From Cladosporium halotolerans (lineage: Eukaryota), in NCBI RefSeq assembly GCF_011745625.1, contig NW_027191453.1, positions 620,001 through 684,000 of the forward strand: 64,000 nt of DNA, in the 5' to 3' direction. The notes under the pieces are model-generated. The model saw only the letters and a list, made by a program, of their open reading frames with translations. It was not told where the DNA came from and did no database searches. Positions 11,094 to 23,171 of this stretch are shown piece by piece; the stretch's first letter is position 1, and each line of letters opens with the position of its first letter. The translations under genes and the position numbers were made by a program.

Positions 11094-11871
11094 ATGGCCA
11101 ACACCGCCGCAAAACCCGCGACCCCCAAGTCCAACTCCCCGGCTCCCACGACCACAAACCACACCGAAGCCCTGAGCAAAGCAATCGGAGCCCGGTACGC
11201 CCCTCCTCCCAACCCCCCATCTCCCTCCTTCCAAGTCGCAACAACTAACCAACCCCCTCCCAGCATCACCCTCACCACCCTCCCCCCGCACTCCCAAACC
11301 TACACCGGCACCCTCTTCACCGCCTGCGCGACCCTCAACCTCCTCGCCCTCAACACCTCCGCGTCGCCCGACCCCGCCTCCGCCTCCGACTCCGGCGACT
11401 ACCACCTGATCCCCATCCCGCGCGTGCAGAGCTTCCACATCGCGCACCCGGCGCCCGCGCAAACGCCGCCGCTCGCGCCCGTCGACACCCGGCGGCTCGC
11501 GGCCCGCGAAGCCAGCCGCGTCGCGGCGCTCAAGGAGGCGGCCGCGCACCGCGGCAAGGGCGTCGGCGCCGAGGCGCAGGCGATCTACGACGCGCTGAAG
11601 AGAGTGTGCGTTCTCCTTGCCCCCTTCTGCTTCCCTGGAAGACTCCGGTTTTGCTGACGCGTTCTTTTTTCTGGGCTACAGGAACATCCCGATCCGCTGG
11701 CACAACGCGGAGATGATCGTGCACGAGGCGGTGATCGTCAGCCCGCCGTACCGGCCGGAGGACTGCAAGGGGTCGGCCGCGAAAGTCGCCGTGCTGAACC
11801 AGGTCAAGAAGGTGCTGGAGGGCGAGAGGCGGAAGCTGAGCCAGAAGGGGGAGGTGAGGAAGGGGGGTTGA
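11094..11871 (+). CDS. LSM12: LSM12-like protein (N-terminal Sm fold plus C-terminal anticodon-binding AD domain)
   Basis: Introns 11195-11263 and 11606-11681. Product has ALSKAIGARITLT...YTGTLFTAC...DYHLIPI (Sm-like) and GKGVGAEAQAIYDALKR...IPIRW...MIVHEAVIVSPPY...QVKKVL (AD domain). Confidence 0.8.
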
Positions 11872-12550
11872 AGGAGGAGACTGACACGGTCGCGTGTTGA
11901 GATTTTGAGCCCGATGCTCGCCGCGAGGCTGAGCTGGGAGAAGGTGGCTTAGATGTGTGTGTACCATAGACCCTTGCGAGAGGGGGCGGGCGGCGGCGTT
12001 TCAGATAGAGGGAAAGTGTGCCCGTCGCGCATTTGGAAGGCGGCGCGTGTGTGTTTGTTTGTTTGTGAGATAGGGGATGGAGGAATGTCGATGTAGGGAC
12101 GAGACAGAGACGGAAATGATACCCATGCTTTTTTGCATCTTGGACTGGACCGCCGATCCAAACGAAGGACACTGGTCAGATCGTGCCAGAAGTCTTCAAC
12201 AGCGAGTGGGAGCAGCGTGGAAGACTGTCAAGGGGCTGGCTCATCAAGCTCTTCTCGCTCCGCTTTCAGATTCGCCTGTACTAACTACTTTTTAGATTAT
12301 CCGAGTATGTCGTATGTGTATGTAAGTATGATATAAGTAATATGGTATGTGGCGCGATAATCGCTCACTTGTCCTTCTCCCCGCTCGTACTCCAATCCAA
12401 TCCAACCCAATGGGCAGCTCCGTAGATCCAAAAGCAAAAGAACGCCGACGCTCAAAAGTGCAAGAATTAGTCCAAAGGACAGCCCAAAATGTGACCAGAA
12501 GAAATTAGCAATCAGAGATGGATCCCCAACGTTTGGCCGAAAGCCTTCAT

Positions 12551-15500
12551 TCACTCCAGCCCCCGACTCCTCTCCGCAATCTCCTCATCTCCCAACGCCG
12601 CCAGCCAGAGACACCTGCTCAAGCACTCGCTCTCGGGCTTCAGCCCGTACTGCGCACTGCTCTCCAGCAAGCGCAGCAGACCCTTGGCGATCGCCGCGCT
12701 CGTCTGGTACCTCTCGAAATTGATCAAGCTCTCGTGGCCGCGGGGCGCAAGGCGAGCGGCGGAGGGCGCGGCGCCGGGCGGGGCCGGGTTGATGCGCGCG
12801 GGCTTCTGCGCGTTGTACATGAGGTCGTGGGTGTAGAGGCCGATGAACGGGATGCAGCCGTGGGCGAGGGAGGCGGCCTCCATCTCGGCGCGCAGGGCGG
12901 CGAAGTTCTTGACGGGCTGGCAGAGGCGCTCGAGGCGGGCGAGCGTGGTCTTCTCCTGCGTCGGGACGAGCAGCCAGGTGCGCTTGAGGCGCGTGATGTC
13001 GGACGAGAGCAGGGCGAGGGTGATCTGGTAGGTGGAGGCGTAGTTCTTGAGGCGCAGGGCGTGGCTGGCGATGTGGATGAATTTGGTGAGGGCGCGGGCG
13101 CGCTCGGGCGTGGATTTGGTGAGGACGAGCTCGGAGACGATCCATTTGACGACTAGATTGAAGCGCGCGATCACGAGGTCGATGCCGTTGTCGCTCTCGC
13201 TACTGCGGAGGTAGCTTACCCAGTTTCGCACGGGTGGTGGGTTCTGGTGCCAGTTGAGGCCGATCAGGTCTTTCCAGTCGACCTCGTCAAGGGCGTCCTT
13301 CTCGATGATGGTGAGCTGCTCTGCAATCACAGAGGAGCTGTAGCCGAAGATGAAAGGAAGATGTGCGGTCGGCTCCTGTTCAATTGCGCTGTCCGTTGGC
13401 TGCAAGTCAGGCTGAGATGGGTGCAGCCGTTGCTTTTCCAGTCCGTTGGTGGGAGTCTTGGGCTTGCGTGGCGTCTCCATCATGTCGTTGTGCTCATCAT
13501 CCGGCGACTGAACCACAATCTTCTGCTCTGGCGAAGCTGTAACCGGCGCACCTGATGTCGCTTGTGGACTAAACGGAGGCTGTAGGGAGGGCTGTCGCGA
13601 ACTCTCCTCTTCAATGGTGTCATCGAAGAAGAAGCTTCGAACGCCAAGGTTGGTCATACCGTTTGATCCATCTGTGAGGTCTGTGGAGATCTCGCTCAAG
13701 CTCTGGTTGTCGTCCAAGAGGAAAGACATTTGCGAAGCGCCCGGCCTCGAACCGTCGCTGTCCGAGTTCAGCGCCCTGCTAGTCGCTTGGCGGACGAGAT
13801 TGTCAGGTGCCGCATGGGATGGCTGGTTCGGTTCGTCACAAGACGGCCGCGTAGAATTAACGCTGGGAATGGGGAACATGGTCATGCGATTGGCCCTCTG
13901 CAAGACAGGAGATGTAGAGCTCTCATCCAGGTCGTCCATCTCGTAGATACCCTCGGCATCTTCGGACGCAGTGTTACGTCGGCTCGGCGTGGAAATGTCA
14001 GAGGCAGAGTGACGGTAGATGCTCGCTCCCTGGCGGTCGGTGGTCGGGCTGAGCAGGTCCATGTCGCCGATCATGATGTCTTCGTGATTTTTTGCCGCAG
14101 GTGTGAGGCCCGGACTATTGGCGAAAGCGCCAGACTCACGCAGTGAGCTGCCGAACAATCCCTGTGTGCTTGCGCGCCGTCCAGCGTATCTTCCCTCCAA
14201 CTTCAGCAGCGCGTCTTCGACACCGCCCCCGGGCGAGCTGTCGTGCATCTTCGCAAGCCTCCATGCGTCCTCCTTGATCGACTTCCTGATATATGGCTGG
14301 GAGGGCGTGTCCAACAGCCCAAGTGATTCTTTGGGTCCTGTGCGAGCCGGCAGGCTTGCAATGTGGATCGGAAGACCCTGGCCAGAGAAGTGCGTGCCAG
14401 ACAAGTCATACTCGTTCGGCAAAGATCTTGAGAGCGTGGACATGCTGGCTGTCGACTGCACGCGAGGCTCCGATTCGAGATCGTGGACGTGGCCTACACC
14501 CTTCAAGTCGCCACCGGGCACGCGGCGGATGGGGTTTCGAATGGGAGGCATGTCAAAGGCAGGCGACTGCACGCCAGAAGACTTGCGGGCGCGGGCAGGC
14601 ATCTCGGACGGGTTGTACTCGTAGGGAATGCCAGTGCGTGTGATTCTCCAGTTGTCGGGCAATGATAGCAGGCCATGTAACGACGGCTGGGATGACTGGC
14701 GGTACTCGTCGTGGGCAACGACGGGCTTGACGTCCGGGTGCTCGTTGTGGTAGCCGCCGAAATAGTCATCTTGCCCAAGACGCTCCCCGCCCGGGCTGCG
14801 AGACAACAGCGGTGCTGGTGTCATGGTGCTCGACCAGGTACTCACTGATGGCAAGCTCTGCGAGATGACAGGCATGTCTTGAGGACCAGTGGCGTCTACA
14901 ATCATGATTGACTGACTGCTCGCAGTGACTTGGCTGAGCGCTCGGTCGAAATCAGGCCGTTTGAGTAGGCCCATCTCGTCAGGCTTGACGCTGTCATGGG
15001 CAGACGCGGTCGGACGAGGGGTGCTTTGCGAATCTCTCGGTGCGTCCTCAGCTCGCTTGGCTTCCTCATATGCTTTTGCAGCAGCTTGGCCGAGCGTATC
15101 AGTTCTAGGAGGTCCTTTTGACGGTTCCCAGGTGACAGCCGGTTTTGTGTTCGTTTCCTGTTTCGGACCTTCTCGTGTGGGGTTTGAAGATTTAGAGCTG
15201 GACGAGCTTGCAGACTTCTGGCTGCGAGCAGGAGACTTATTTTGTTTGCGAGTGCTCAACGCCCGGCGCATGTCGCCAACGATCCTCTTGACGCCAAGAT
15301 GCTGCTGGCTGTTCCGGACATTGGAAGGCTCGTCAATCGTCACAGCGCGTGTCGGACGCCGAGGTTCAGATGGTGCCGGACCAGGGGTGGTTGGGACGAG
15401 GACGTTGACTTGCGCTGAAGAAGGCTGCAGGATGAGGCCACGAACAAGACCCGCGGTAAGAGTCATGTTGGGCAGCTCGCGCAGCGTTTCGCTGTCTATC

Positions 15501-17449
15501 TTCGCTGACGGTAGCGGGGTTCTTTCATCTCTCAGCGCATCTGAGAAGCTACCGCTGCGTTTGTGCTGGTGCGAAGGTCTTTGCTGGCCCAGCGAGACGG
15601 GTGGATGTATCCGTGATCCAGCAGGTCTAGGAGCGAGTACTTTCTTGAGCGGATTAGGAGGCTGTCGGTGAGTGCTGAAGAACGGCACTGAGCATGAGAC
15701 GACTTGAAGGCTGAAGTCGCTCATCGGCGAACCTGGTGTGTGCATCGAAGCAACGGGACTTCTCCCCGAATCCGCCACGTCCATGCTGGGTTCGCGGTGA
15801 AACGAGCCGTGCAAGCCGGTTTCTGCGGCGACTTGAGGCGCGAGAGCAGCTTGCTGTGAGTCACCCACAAGTTCCTGCTGTGCAGCCTCAGGAGACGCGA
15901 GCAGTGACGCCCTGACCTGTGCATCCTCCCCCTGATCACCACCAGGAAATATCACCGAGCCAACTGCAGTCTCCATCGCATCTGGGATCTGCCAGAAAAG
16001 CGCGCATGTCCGTCTCCAGCACTTTTTCAACTCGCCCAAAATATTCAAATCGCCACCTCCTTTGTCCGGCCTTTGGCTAAGTTCGGTGCACATCTGGTTG
16101 ACGAGATCGCAAAAGCGCTGTCGAATCTGGAGATCGTACAAGAAGTCGTCCTGGAAGTAGTTCAGGATCCAATGGCGCAGAGCAACGAATGTCCGCACGC
16201 GTGCTATGCGTCCGGAATCAGCGGCATCGCCAAGGGCCCATCGCATTCTCGCCAGGAGGTATTCCAGGAGGTCATTGCTTGATAGGAACCCGCGGTAGGT
16301 GAGGAAGAAATCTGACAGGAGCTCGTAGTCGAGGATATCGGGAGATGTGATCTGCGCGATGAGACGGGCAGGCGTCGCGGCCGCGAGCTTGCCCGTCTGC
16401 GCCGAAAATCGCACGGTAGCGGGATCATTGGGGTTTGCTTGTATCTTCTCGAAAACGAAGGTCCTTACCCCGGACTGGGCCAGCAGAGACATCCGGTCTT
16501 TGGGTGGTGTACGGGTGGGTGTCGTCTGATTCGTATCGTATGGATATGTAGAACCTGCGCCGCTCATGGGACGTCCCGGGGGAGCAGGGAAGAGCTTGTC
16601 GTATTCGGATCGAGAAAACATCGAAGAGTTGGCGTCGTCGGCAGAGGTGGTCATCGTGTACACTGAGTTATGCAGATACGCGGTTCCCCTCGCGCTGAAC
16701 CGAGGAGTGCCCAGTCGGTAATGTGGGATGTGATGTTGCAGCAGTCCTTCTCCCAGATTCATATAGCTCTTAGGTCTCTGGCTCTGCGAGCGTCTCTTGC
16801 CATTCAGGAAAAAGCGGAAATCCTGTACGTCCGTCGAATTAAGCGTCGGGGCACGCGATTTCTCGTGTTCGCTGAGCGTCGAGAACGAATGGCTTCGTGG
16901 TCGTCGTTTCGCGCCCACATTCGCGATACTCACAGGTGGAACGGGGACTTTGTGATCGTAGGCGCTTCCTCTTCCCCTCGGCCGCGCACCACTACCAGCA
17001 GAGACATTGCTAGTTCGCGCGCTCGGCCATACCGTCTTGACCGAGTCGCGTCCTGCGACTCGGCCTGGAATGATTGGGGGCAGCGTATACTGCGGCGGAG
17101 GTAGACGACTCGGCGTCAGATATAGTGTTCCTCCAGCCCCGACGCCGCCCACAGTAAAGTGCTGCGACTGTCTGTCGTCCTCTGCCGCCGTCATCTCTTC
17201 CTGCTGCGAGACGCCGCCGTCCCCGCGCTTCGCCCGCGTGATCTCGCTGCTGTCGCGCGCCCTCCTAATCTTGCCCGAGGAGTGAGGTCTGAATTCGAGG
17301 GCCTCCGCCGCGGGCTGTGACCTGCTGCGAGCCGAGGAGGGTTTGTGAGGCGAGCGCGCTCTGCTGTCCGTGATGGAGCCGGAGGTCGAGGGTCGGACAG
17401 GCTGCGGAGCGTCTCGCTGTCGCTTTCGTGTCAGCGCGCTGCGGTCCAT
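12551..17449 (-). CDS. Ras guanine nucleotide exchange factor, Lte1-like (REM + CDC25 domains), 1632 aa, no intron needed
   Basis: REM segment (AATPARLIAQIT...LLSDFFLTYRGF...VALRHWILNYFQDDF). C-terminal CDC25 domain (IAEQLTIIEKD, IARFNLVVKWIVSEL, LKNYAS, GCIPFIGLYTHDL, LINFERY). Confidence 0.9.
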   Translation of the reverse strand: MDRSALTRKRQRDAPQPVRPSTSGSITDSRARSPHKPSSARSRSQPAAEALEFRPHSSGKIRRARDSSEITRAKRGDGGVSQQEEMTAAEDDRQSQHFTVGGVGAGGTLYLTPSRLPPPQYTLPPIIPGRVAGRDSVKTVWPSARTSNVSAGSGARPRGRGSAYDHKVPVPPVSIANVGAKRRPRSHSFSTLSEHEKSRAPTLNSTDVQDFRFFLNGKRRSQSQRPKSYMNLGEGLLQHHIPHYRLGTPRFSARGTAYLHNSVYTMTTSADDANSSMFSRSEYDKLFPAPPGRPMSGAGSTYPYDTNQTTPTRTPPKDRMSLLAQSGVRTFVFEKIQANPNDPATVRFSAQTGKLAAATPARLIAQITSPDILDYELLSDFFLTYRGFLSSNDLLEYLLARMRWALGDAADSGRIARVRTFVALRHWILNYFQDDFLYDLQIRQRFCDLVNQMCTELSQRPDKGGGDLNILGELKKCWRRTCALFWQIPDAMETAVGSVIFPGGDQGEDAQVRASLLASPEAAQQELVGDSQQAALAPQVAAETGLHGSFHREPSMDVADSGRSPVASMHTPGSPMSDFSLQVVSCSVPFFSTHRQPPNPLKKVLAPRPAGSRIHPPVSLGQQRPSHQHKRSGSFSDALRDERTPLPSAKIDSETLRELPNMTLTAGLVRGLILQPSSAQVNVLVPTTPGPAPSEPRRPTRAVTIDEPSNVRNSQQHLGVKRIVGDMRRALSTRKQNKSPARSQKSASSSSSKSSNPTREGPKQETNTKPAVTWEPSKGPPRTDTLGQAAAKAYEEAKRAEDAPRDSQSTPRPTASAHDSVKPDEMGLLKRPDFDRALSQVTASSQSIMIVDATGPQDMPVISQSLPSVSTWSSTMTPAPLLSRSPGGERLGQDDYFGGYHNEHPDVKPVVAHDEYRQSSQPSLHGLLSLPDNWRITRTGIPYEYNPSEMPARARKSSGVQSPAFDMPPIRNPIRRVPGGDLKGVGHVHDLESEPRVQSTASMSTLSRSLPNEYDLSGTHFSGQGLPIHIASLPARTGPKESLGLLDTPSQPYIRKSIKEDAWRLAKMHDSSPGGGVEDALLKLEGRYAGRRASTQGLFGSSLRESGAFANSPGLTPAAKNHEDIMIGDMDLLSPTTDRQGASIYRHSASDISTPSRRNTASEDAEGIYEMDDLDESSTSPVLQRANRMTMFPIPSVNSTRPSCDEPNQPSHAAPDNLVRQATSRALNSDSDGSRPGASQMSFLLDDNQSLSEISTDLTDGSNGMTNLGVRSFFFDDTIEEESSRQPSLQPPFSPQATSGAPVTASPEQKIVVQSPDDEHNDMMETPRKPKTPTNGLEKQRLHPSQPDLQPTDSAIEQEPTAHLPFIFGYSSSVIAEQLTIIEKDALDEVDWKDLIGLNWHQNPPPVRNWVSYLRSSESDNGIDLVIARFNLVVKWIVSELVLTKSTPERARALTKFIHIASHALRLKNYASTYQITLALLSSDITRLKRTWLLVPTQEKTTLARLERLCQPVKNFAALRAEMEAASLAHGCIPFIGLYTHDLMYNAQKPARINPAPPGAAPSAARLAPRGHESLINFERYQTSAAIAKGLLRLLESSAQYGLKPESECLSRCLWLAALGDEEIAERSRGLE

Positions 17450-18875
17450 GGCGGGCCATAAGAGGCTCTCGATATAGCAGCGGGTGGTGAAGAGCCTTCT
17501 TCCGATCGAGTGGTCGCGGCAGGCAGGGTTTGCGGTATCTGGACCTTGCTCCGAGTCGGCGCCCCCAGGCTGGGACTGGTGTGGGTTGCAGCAGCCAGGC
17601 AGGGTCCGGCCGTTGGGTTGCTATATCGCGAGTCTTAACGCGCCATGGCAGACGTGCATATATGATCGGAGCTTATGCATGCGGCGGCGGCGCGACCGAG
17701 GCGGGCGCCCGTTACACACACCGAGTGGACGTGTTCGGCAGTTTTTCGCAGGGAGAAGGGATATGCCGGGCAGACGCACGCACGCTCGCTCGCTCGCGCT
17801 CACGGACGAGACAGTCGCCTCGCGTGGCGCGGGACTCGAGGGCAGCTGAGGATATTGGGCGGCGCTGCTGACAGGCGAAGGCAGTGCGGGCGGGCCCCCC
17901 CATATTGCGGTATGATCAATATGACGGCAGCCGGCCGGCAGCCGAGATGATGGGTGGCCGCCGCCGCCCGCCCTCTTCTGCCCTACCGAACGCGGCCGGA
18001 CGTGCGTTTCGCGGAGCAGGGGGGCCTCTCCAACTCTTCCCCTTCGAGCATTTGGGACGTGTTCGCCGCGCCGCCGTCGACGCAATCCTGCACCCATCCG
18101 ACTGTCGCCTCCACACGCTCGCTTAATCCCACTCACGTGCGACTCCACACGTTCTGTCCCGTCTGTCCCCTCATCGAAGCCCGAGAAACTGCCTTCGAAT
18201 ACCGTAGCCCCTAACCCACCCAGCACCTACACACAACCGCGCGTCGTCGGGCAGCCAACAACCTAGATAAACGCAGCCAAGCAGAGCAAACATCCAAGCT
18301 CTGCATAACCTTTTTCCGCCTGATGACGAGAGTCATACCCAACGCCAGCGGCGGGGCGCGCGCGTGGCAGGGTTCACAGTCTCACTTGCCACCCCTACGC
18401 ATGCGCTAGCTCGTTTGTCGCAACCGTACAAGCCTTTCTGGAGGCGCATATGGACGCTGCGAACGCTCGTTCTCGATCGCGGGATCTAGATCTTCGGCGT
18501 GGCGCACGAGCGTATCGAGTGTCTTGCAGCGTCGACCGCCAATGATACTCTATCCATGCGATAGGAGCATGTGAGATTGGCGCAATCGTCTACATGGTCA
18601 AGAGAGGACGTCTCACGGTGACTTTTTCTCGAACGAAATAAAGTGGGTCCATATTTGTTCGATGCAGTGGCCGCGGTTCGCCCGTATAGTGGCAATATAT
18701 CTGAGAGCAGGCATGTTAAAATGAGCATTACCTAAGCTGACTCGCAGTACATCCAAAAAAAATTAAAAAAAATAGCTACATGACATCAAATCCGCCAAGA
18801 CGCCAGAAGAGCAGGAATCCGACGAAATAGCGACCTGGCTCGTCGTGACGGCGCTTTTTCGATCATGATATCAAC

Positions 18876-20414
18876 CTAGGCACGTCTACCTCCCCTCGAC
18901 TTCGAGATGGCACGCCTCGACTCGCGCAGCATACCGATGAATCGGTGCAAAATCGACCGCGCAAGCACCGGGTGCATGTCTTCCTTGTCGAGTCCCTCCT
19001 GGGTTTCGTCTTCGAAGAGATCAAAGAGCCGCGGCCGTGATTCAAACACCGCATCCGCCCCTGAAGCGTCTTTGAGCAGACGGTCCAATCGTCCGGACAA
19101 GTACGCGAGTTGCTTACGAACGGCTTCGAGTTGTCCGCGCTTCTCTTTGACGGCAACGACGGCGCTTTCGGTGCGTTTCATTGCAGCGTCGAATTGTCGC
19201 ATTGCGGTGCCGGGGTCGACGTAGCAGCTGTTGACTTCGGCTGCGGCTGTGGTCGAGGTTGACTTGCAAGAGCTGGTCCAGGCGATCCGCATGGTGTCGA
19301 TAGCCTTGTGAGCTTCCATCTCGATCCGCTGGATTCCGCCGAATAATTTGTTGATCTGGTCGGCCTTGTCGATGAGCGCGGCTGTGGCGTCAAGCTCGAG
19401 CAATTGTTTGGCGACTCTCGCGTACTCCGTAGCGAGGCGCCCTGAATCGTCGTGGACAAATGCCCGAGGGAAGACTTTGTAGAGTGCTTCTGAGAAAAGC
19501 CTTTGCCATACAGACAGAGGTTCACTGCTTTCTGCGTCTGCGAGGATCCTGCAGAGTTTTTTCACGAGCTCGTAGCGGTACACGACGAACTCGTCCTTGA
19601 AGTTTTTCATCATGGTGTTCAGGTTGAGGGCATATTGTTCTGACGATTTCGCATGTTTGATAAGGTTCCCGTGACCCTTGAGTTCTTCCTTGTGCTGCTT
19701 CACAAACTCCGACAGAACCGTCATTTCTGTCAAAAGCTGTCCTTGTCCTGAGTTGTCTGGAATGTGGAGTTGCAAGGGCTTATGGAGGGCAGTGACATTT
19801 TTGAAAAGATCTTGATTGGCATCCAGCAAATTGGTAATTTGTGCGTGCAGGAGTCGGCCACCCGCTGCAGGGTTGAACAGTTCGCAAAATCCCACTGGTG
19901 CGTCAGGTTGAAGCGCGTTTGCAGTTGTTCCGCATCCGTGTATGAGCGCAGCGATTAGAGCATGTACCATGATGTAGAGGGTTGCAAAATAGAAACCCAG
20001 ATAGAGGATGGGGAACGCGATGTCCCGTAGGAGCAACCACAACACGCGGAAGAAGGTTGTGCACAACACTTGGATCCAAAATGAGGCCTCCTCGAAAACC
20101 GTTCGTCCAGCATTCAGTACTCTCTCGCTAGTCTCGGCTGCATGGTGCACACTAGATCTTATCAATCCCCCATGGGCGTCCAGAGTGTTGAGCACACGAG
20201 CCCAGGATTCTCTGCGACGAGCAACGTGCACATCGTGGGAATAAGGTTGGAGAGCACTTTCTTCGCTTTCGGTCTCCTCGGATACGCCAGTGGTGATAGT
20301 GTCTGTGTCAGTCTCGTCTCCGGGTTGTCGTAAGGTAAGGGGAGAGTAGGGTTCTTCGTCGATGAAATCGTCCTGTTCTTGGCGTCGACGGGCGAAACGG
20401 CGTTGGCGCGACAT
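18876..20414 (-). CDS. Hypothetical membrane-anchored coiled-coil protein (512 aa)
   Basis: Uninterrupted ATG-initiated ORF. Acidic N-terminus, hydrophobic stretch at aa ~110-158, helical heptad-like C-terminus. No family recognised. Confidence 0.7.
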   Translation of the reverse strand: MSRQRRFARRRQEQDDFIDEEPYSPLTLRQPGDETDTDTITTGVSEETESEESALQPYSHDVHVARRRESWARVLNTLDAHGGLIRSSVHHAAETSERVLNAGRTVFEEASFWIQVLCTTFFRVLWLLLRDIAFPILYLGFYFATLYIMVHALIAALIHGCGTTANALQPDAPVGFCELFNPAAGGRLLHAQITNLLDANQDLFKNVTALHKPLQLHIPDNSGQGQLLTEMTVLSEFVKQHKEELKGHGNLIKHAKSSEQYALNLNTMMKNFKDEFVVYRYELVKKLCRILADAESSEPLSVWQRLFSEALYKVFPRAFVHDDSGRLATEYARVAKQLLELDATAALIDKADQINKLFGGIQRIEMEAHKAIDTMRIAWTSSCKSTSTTAAAEVNSCYVDPGTAMRQFDAAMKRTESAVVAVKEKRGQLEAVRKQLAYLSGRLDRLLKDASGADAVFESRPRLFDLFEDETQEGLDKEDMHPVLARSILHRFIGMLRESRRAISKSRGGRRA

Positions 20415-21645
20415 TTTAGCTGCTAAGTGGTAATGCTGCTCCGAAACAGGTAGAACGCATGATCAACGATTGAGAAGCAGAGGCAAACAGACTAACAGCG
20501 TGTAGATACTGTAGTTTCCGTGGCGGTATAGCAAGCCCGCATCCGGCGACAAATAAAGAGCATCTGAAAGCGCAATGGAACGAATGTCCATTGTTCGGAT
20601 GGCCCATTGACACTAGCTCCTACCTTGAGGTGATACGCTGGTATTTCGCGGACTCCAGGTCGCATGCTAAAATGATCGTGCGGGATCGTGAGCGAGGAGT
20701 CGGGCTCCTCCACTATTTGAGAGTGCGGGCACATGTTGATGTTCGATATGCCGTTTGCGGCGAACGACCGCACTCTCATGTTACGCTATCGCAGTTGGAG
20801 TTCTTTGCCATGAGAATTGTTTACGTTACCTTGATTGTACATACCTGGACCAATCCGTTTTCGCAAAAGCAATTTGTATGAAGAGGAAGAAGATGGTTGG
20901 TCAGGAAGCCAAAAGGCGTTGGCCAGGGCGCTGGTGGTCGGTGCTCACTCCAAGCCGGCTGCACAAGCACGCCAAGTCAACGGCTCCAGTGCTTGACATG
21001 AGCGAAGAGTGGATCACGGCAGACGTCGCGCTACCCACCGCTCTCGACTTTACTTCACTTACATCCTCCTCTGTTGCTGCTTCTCACAATGTCTGCCGTG
21101 CCGACACGTGATGATCGCTGCACTAGACGGGGTGCGAAGGGTCAGTCGAGCAGGGGCGAAATAGCCTTTGGATCACGCGGTGGGGAACCAATCATTCGCG
21201 CTCGCTTGCCACTGCTGCAGCGAAGCCGGGCAGTCAACACGAATGGCATCTGCCTCTTTGGGACGGAGGCGTGCCTGGTAAGCCGGCCTCGTCGTCGTCA
21301 CCCTCTTGTTTCTTCCCATCCTCGTCTCTTTCACATACCGTCTCAACCCGCCTTCACTGTGAATACACGCTCGCTTGACTCTCCATTCCTCGCTGTGATT
21401 CGCGCTGGCGATCAACACCGACCCCACTCTCCGCCATCAAAGGCGCGCGAACCGCCCACCTCCGGTCGCAAAACACCACCTGCACCACAGCGAAACGCGC
21501 GGGCACTACGCCCAACCCTCGAGAGGGTCTATCAAACTGACGGCCCTGTCCTCGTGCCGTAGCCTCGGCGTCCCTCACCACATCGTTTCTGCGCCGTCTG
21601 GGACTTGCCAAAGCCCTCCACGTCTTTTGCGACGCAGCCACGACC

Positions 21646-23171
21646 ATGAAGATCAGCGGCTGGACGGCGTTGCTGGGCGCGGCAGTGCTGGGTGCCGATG
21701 CGATACAGCTCGACCTCGGGAGCGACGACTCTATCAAGCAAGCAGCGAGCACAATCGCACACAACATGATGACATACTACGTGGGAAACCAGTCAGGACA
21801 AGTACCAGGCCTCCTACCACCCCCATACTACTGGTGGGAGGCAGGCGCCATGTTTGGATCCCTTCTAGATTACTGGTACTACACCGGAGACACAACGTAT
21901 AACGATGTCACCGAGCAGGCCCTGCTCTTTCAAGTCGGGCCCGATAGGAACTACGAGCCCACGAACCGCACCAGCGATCTTGGAAATGACGACCAGGCAT
22001 TCTGGGGCATCGCAGCCATGAGCGCCGCGGAGCTGAAGTTCCAAAATCCTCCTGAGGACCAACCTCAGTGGTTAGCCCTCGCGCAGGCAGTGTTTAATCG
22101 CCAAGCCGGCCGTTGGGACGAGCAGACATGTGGCGGCGGCCTGCGATGGCAAATCTTCTCTTTCAACAGGGGGTATAACTACAAGAACAGCATTTCGAAC
22201 GGATGTTTCATCAATCTGGGAGCACGCCTCGGCGCCTACACGGGCAACAGTACATATTTCGAATGGGTGGACAAGGTTTGGGACTGGATGACGGAGGAGG
22301 GTCTGGTCAGTCCCAGTTTCCAGGTGTTCGATGGTACAGACGTGACCATCAATTGCACCCAACTCGACCACGTACAATGGTCGTATAATGGTGGCGTTAT
22401 GCTTCTCGGTGCAGCGACCATGTGGAATCAGGTCAGTGCATGAAATAGTCTACCATCACCACTTTGACTAACACCGGCATAGACTACCGGAGATGAGCAA
22501 AGTAAATGGGGCGATCGTGTAACGGGCTTGCTAAAGGAGAATATGGTTTTCTTCCAGAATGGCACTACAATGTGAGCAGAAGGGACTTCTGATATCCTCG
22601 TTTCACTTTACTCATTCCACATGCCTTCACACAGGTACGAAGTCGCTTGCGAACCAAACAACAATTGCAACGTCGACCAACTCTCCTTCAAAGCCTATCT
22701 CTCTCGCTGGATGGCCGCAACAACAAAAGTCGCCCCGTGGACCGCTGACCAAATCCTCCCTCTCCTCGCCTCGTCCGCCCAAGCCGCCGCGCAATCTTGC
22801 TCTGGAGGCAACGACGGCTCCACCTGCGGCACAAAATGGACGCAAACAGGCTGGGACGGCGCGTACGGCGTCGGCCAGCAAATGAGCGCCCTCGAAGTCA
22901 TCCAGAGCAACATGATCCAGAAGGTCAGCGGGCCGGTCAGCAACAAGACTGGCGGCACGAGTAAGGGCGACTACTCCGCGGGTTCTGGCTCGAGCTCTCA
23001 TGTGGATAATGCTCCGGGCGAGATCACCATGAAGGATAAGGCTGGAGCCGGCGTTTTGACTGCCGTCGTGCTCATTATGCTTTTGGGTGGAGGATATGTG
23101 AGTAGCGGTGTACTTTGCCGATTGACCGTGATATTTGCTAATGTGTTTCGCAGTGGATGTCTGTTGACTAA
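21646..23171 (+). CDS. GH76 mannan endo-1,6-alpha-mannosidase (Dfg5/Dcw1 family), probably GPI-anchored
   Basis: Signal peptide; [60 protein letters not shown]; hydrophobic C-tail. Introns 22432-22482, 22572-22634 and 23098-23153. Confidence 0.95.
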
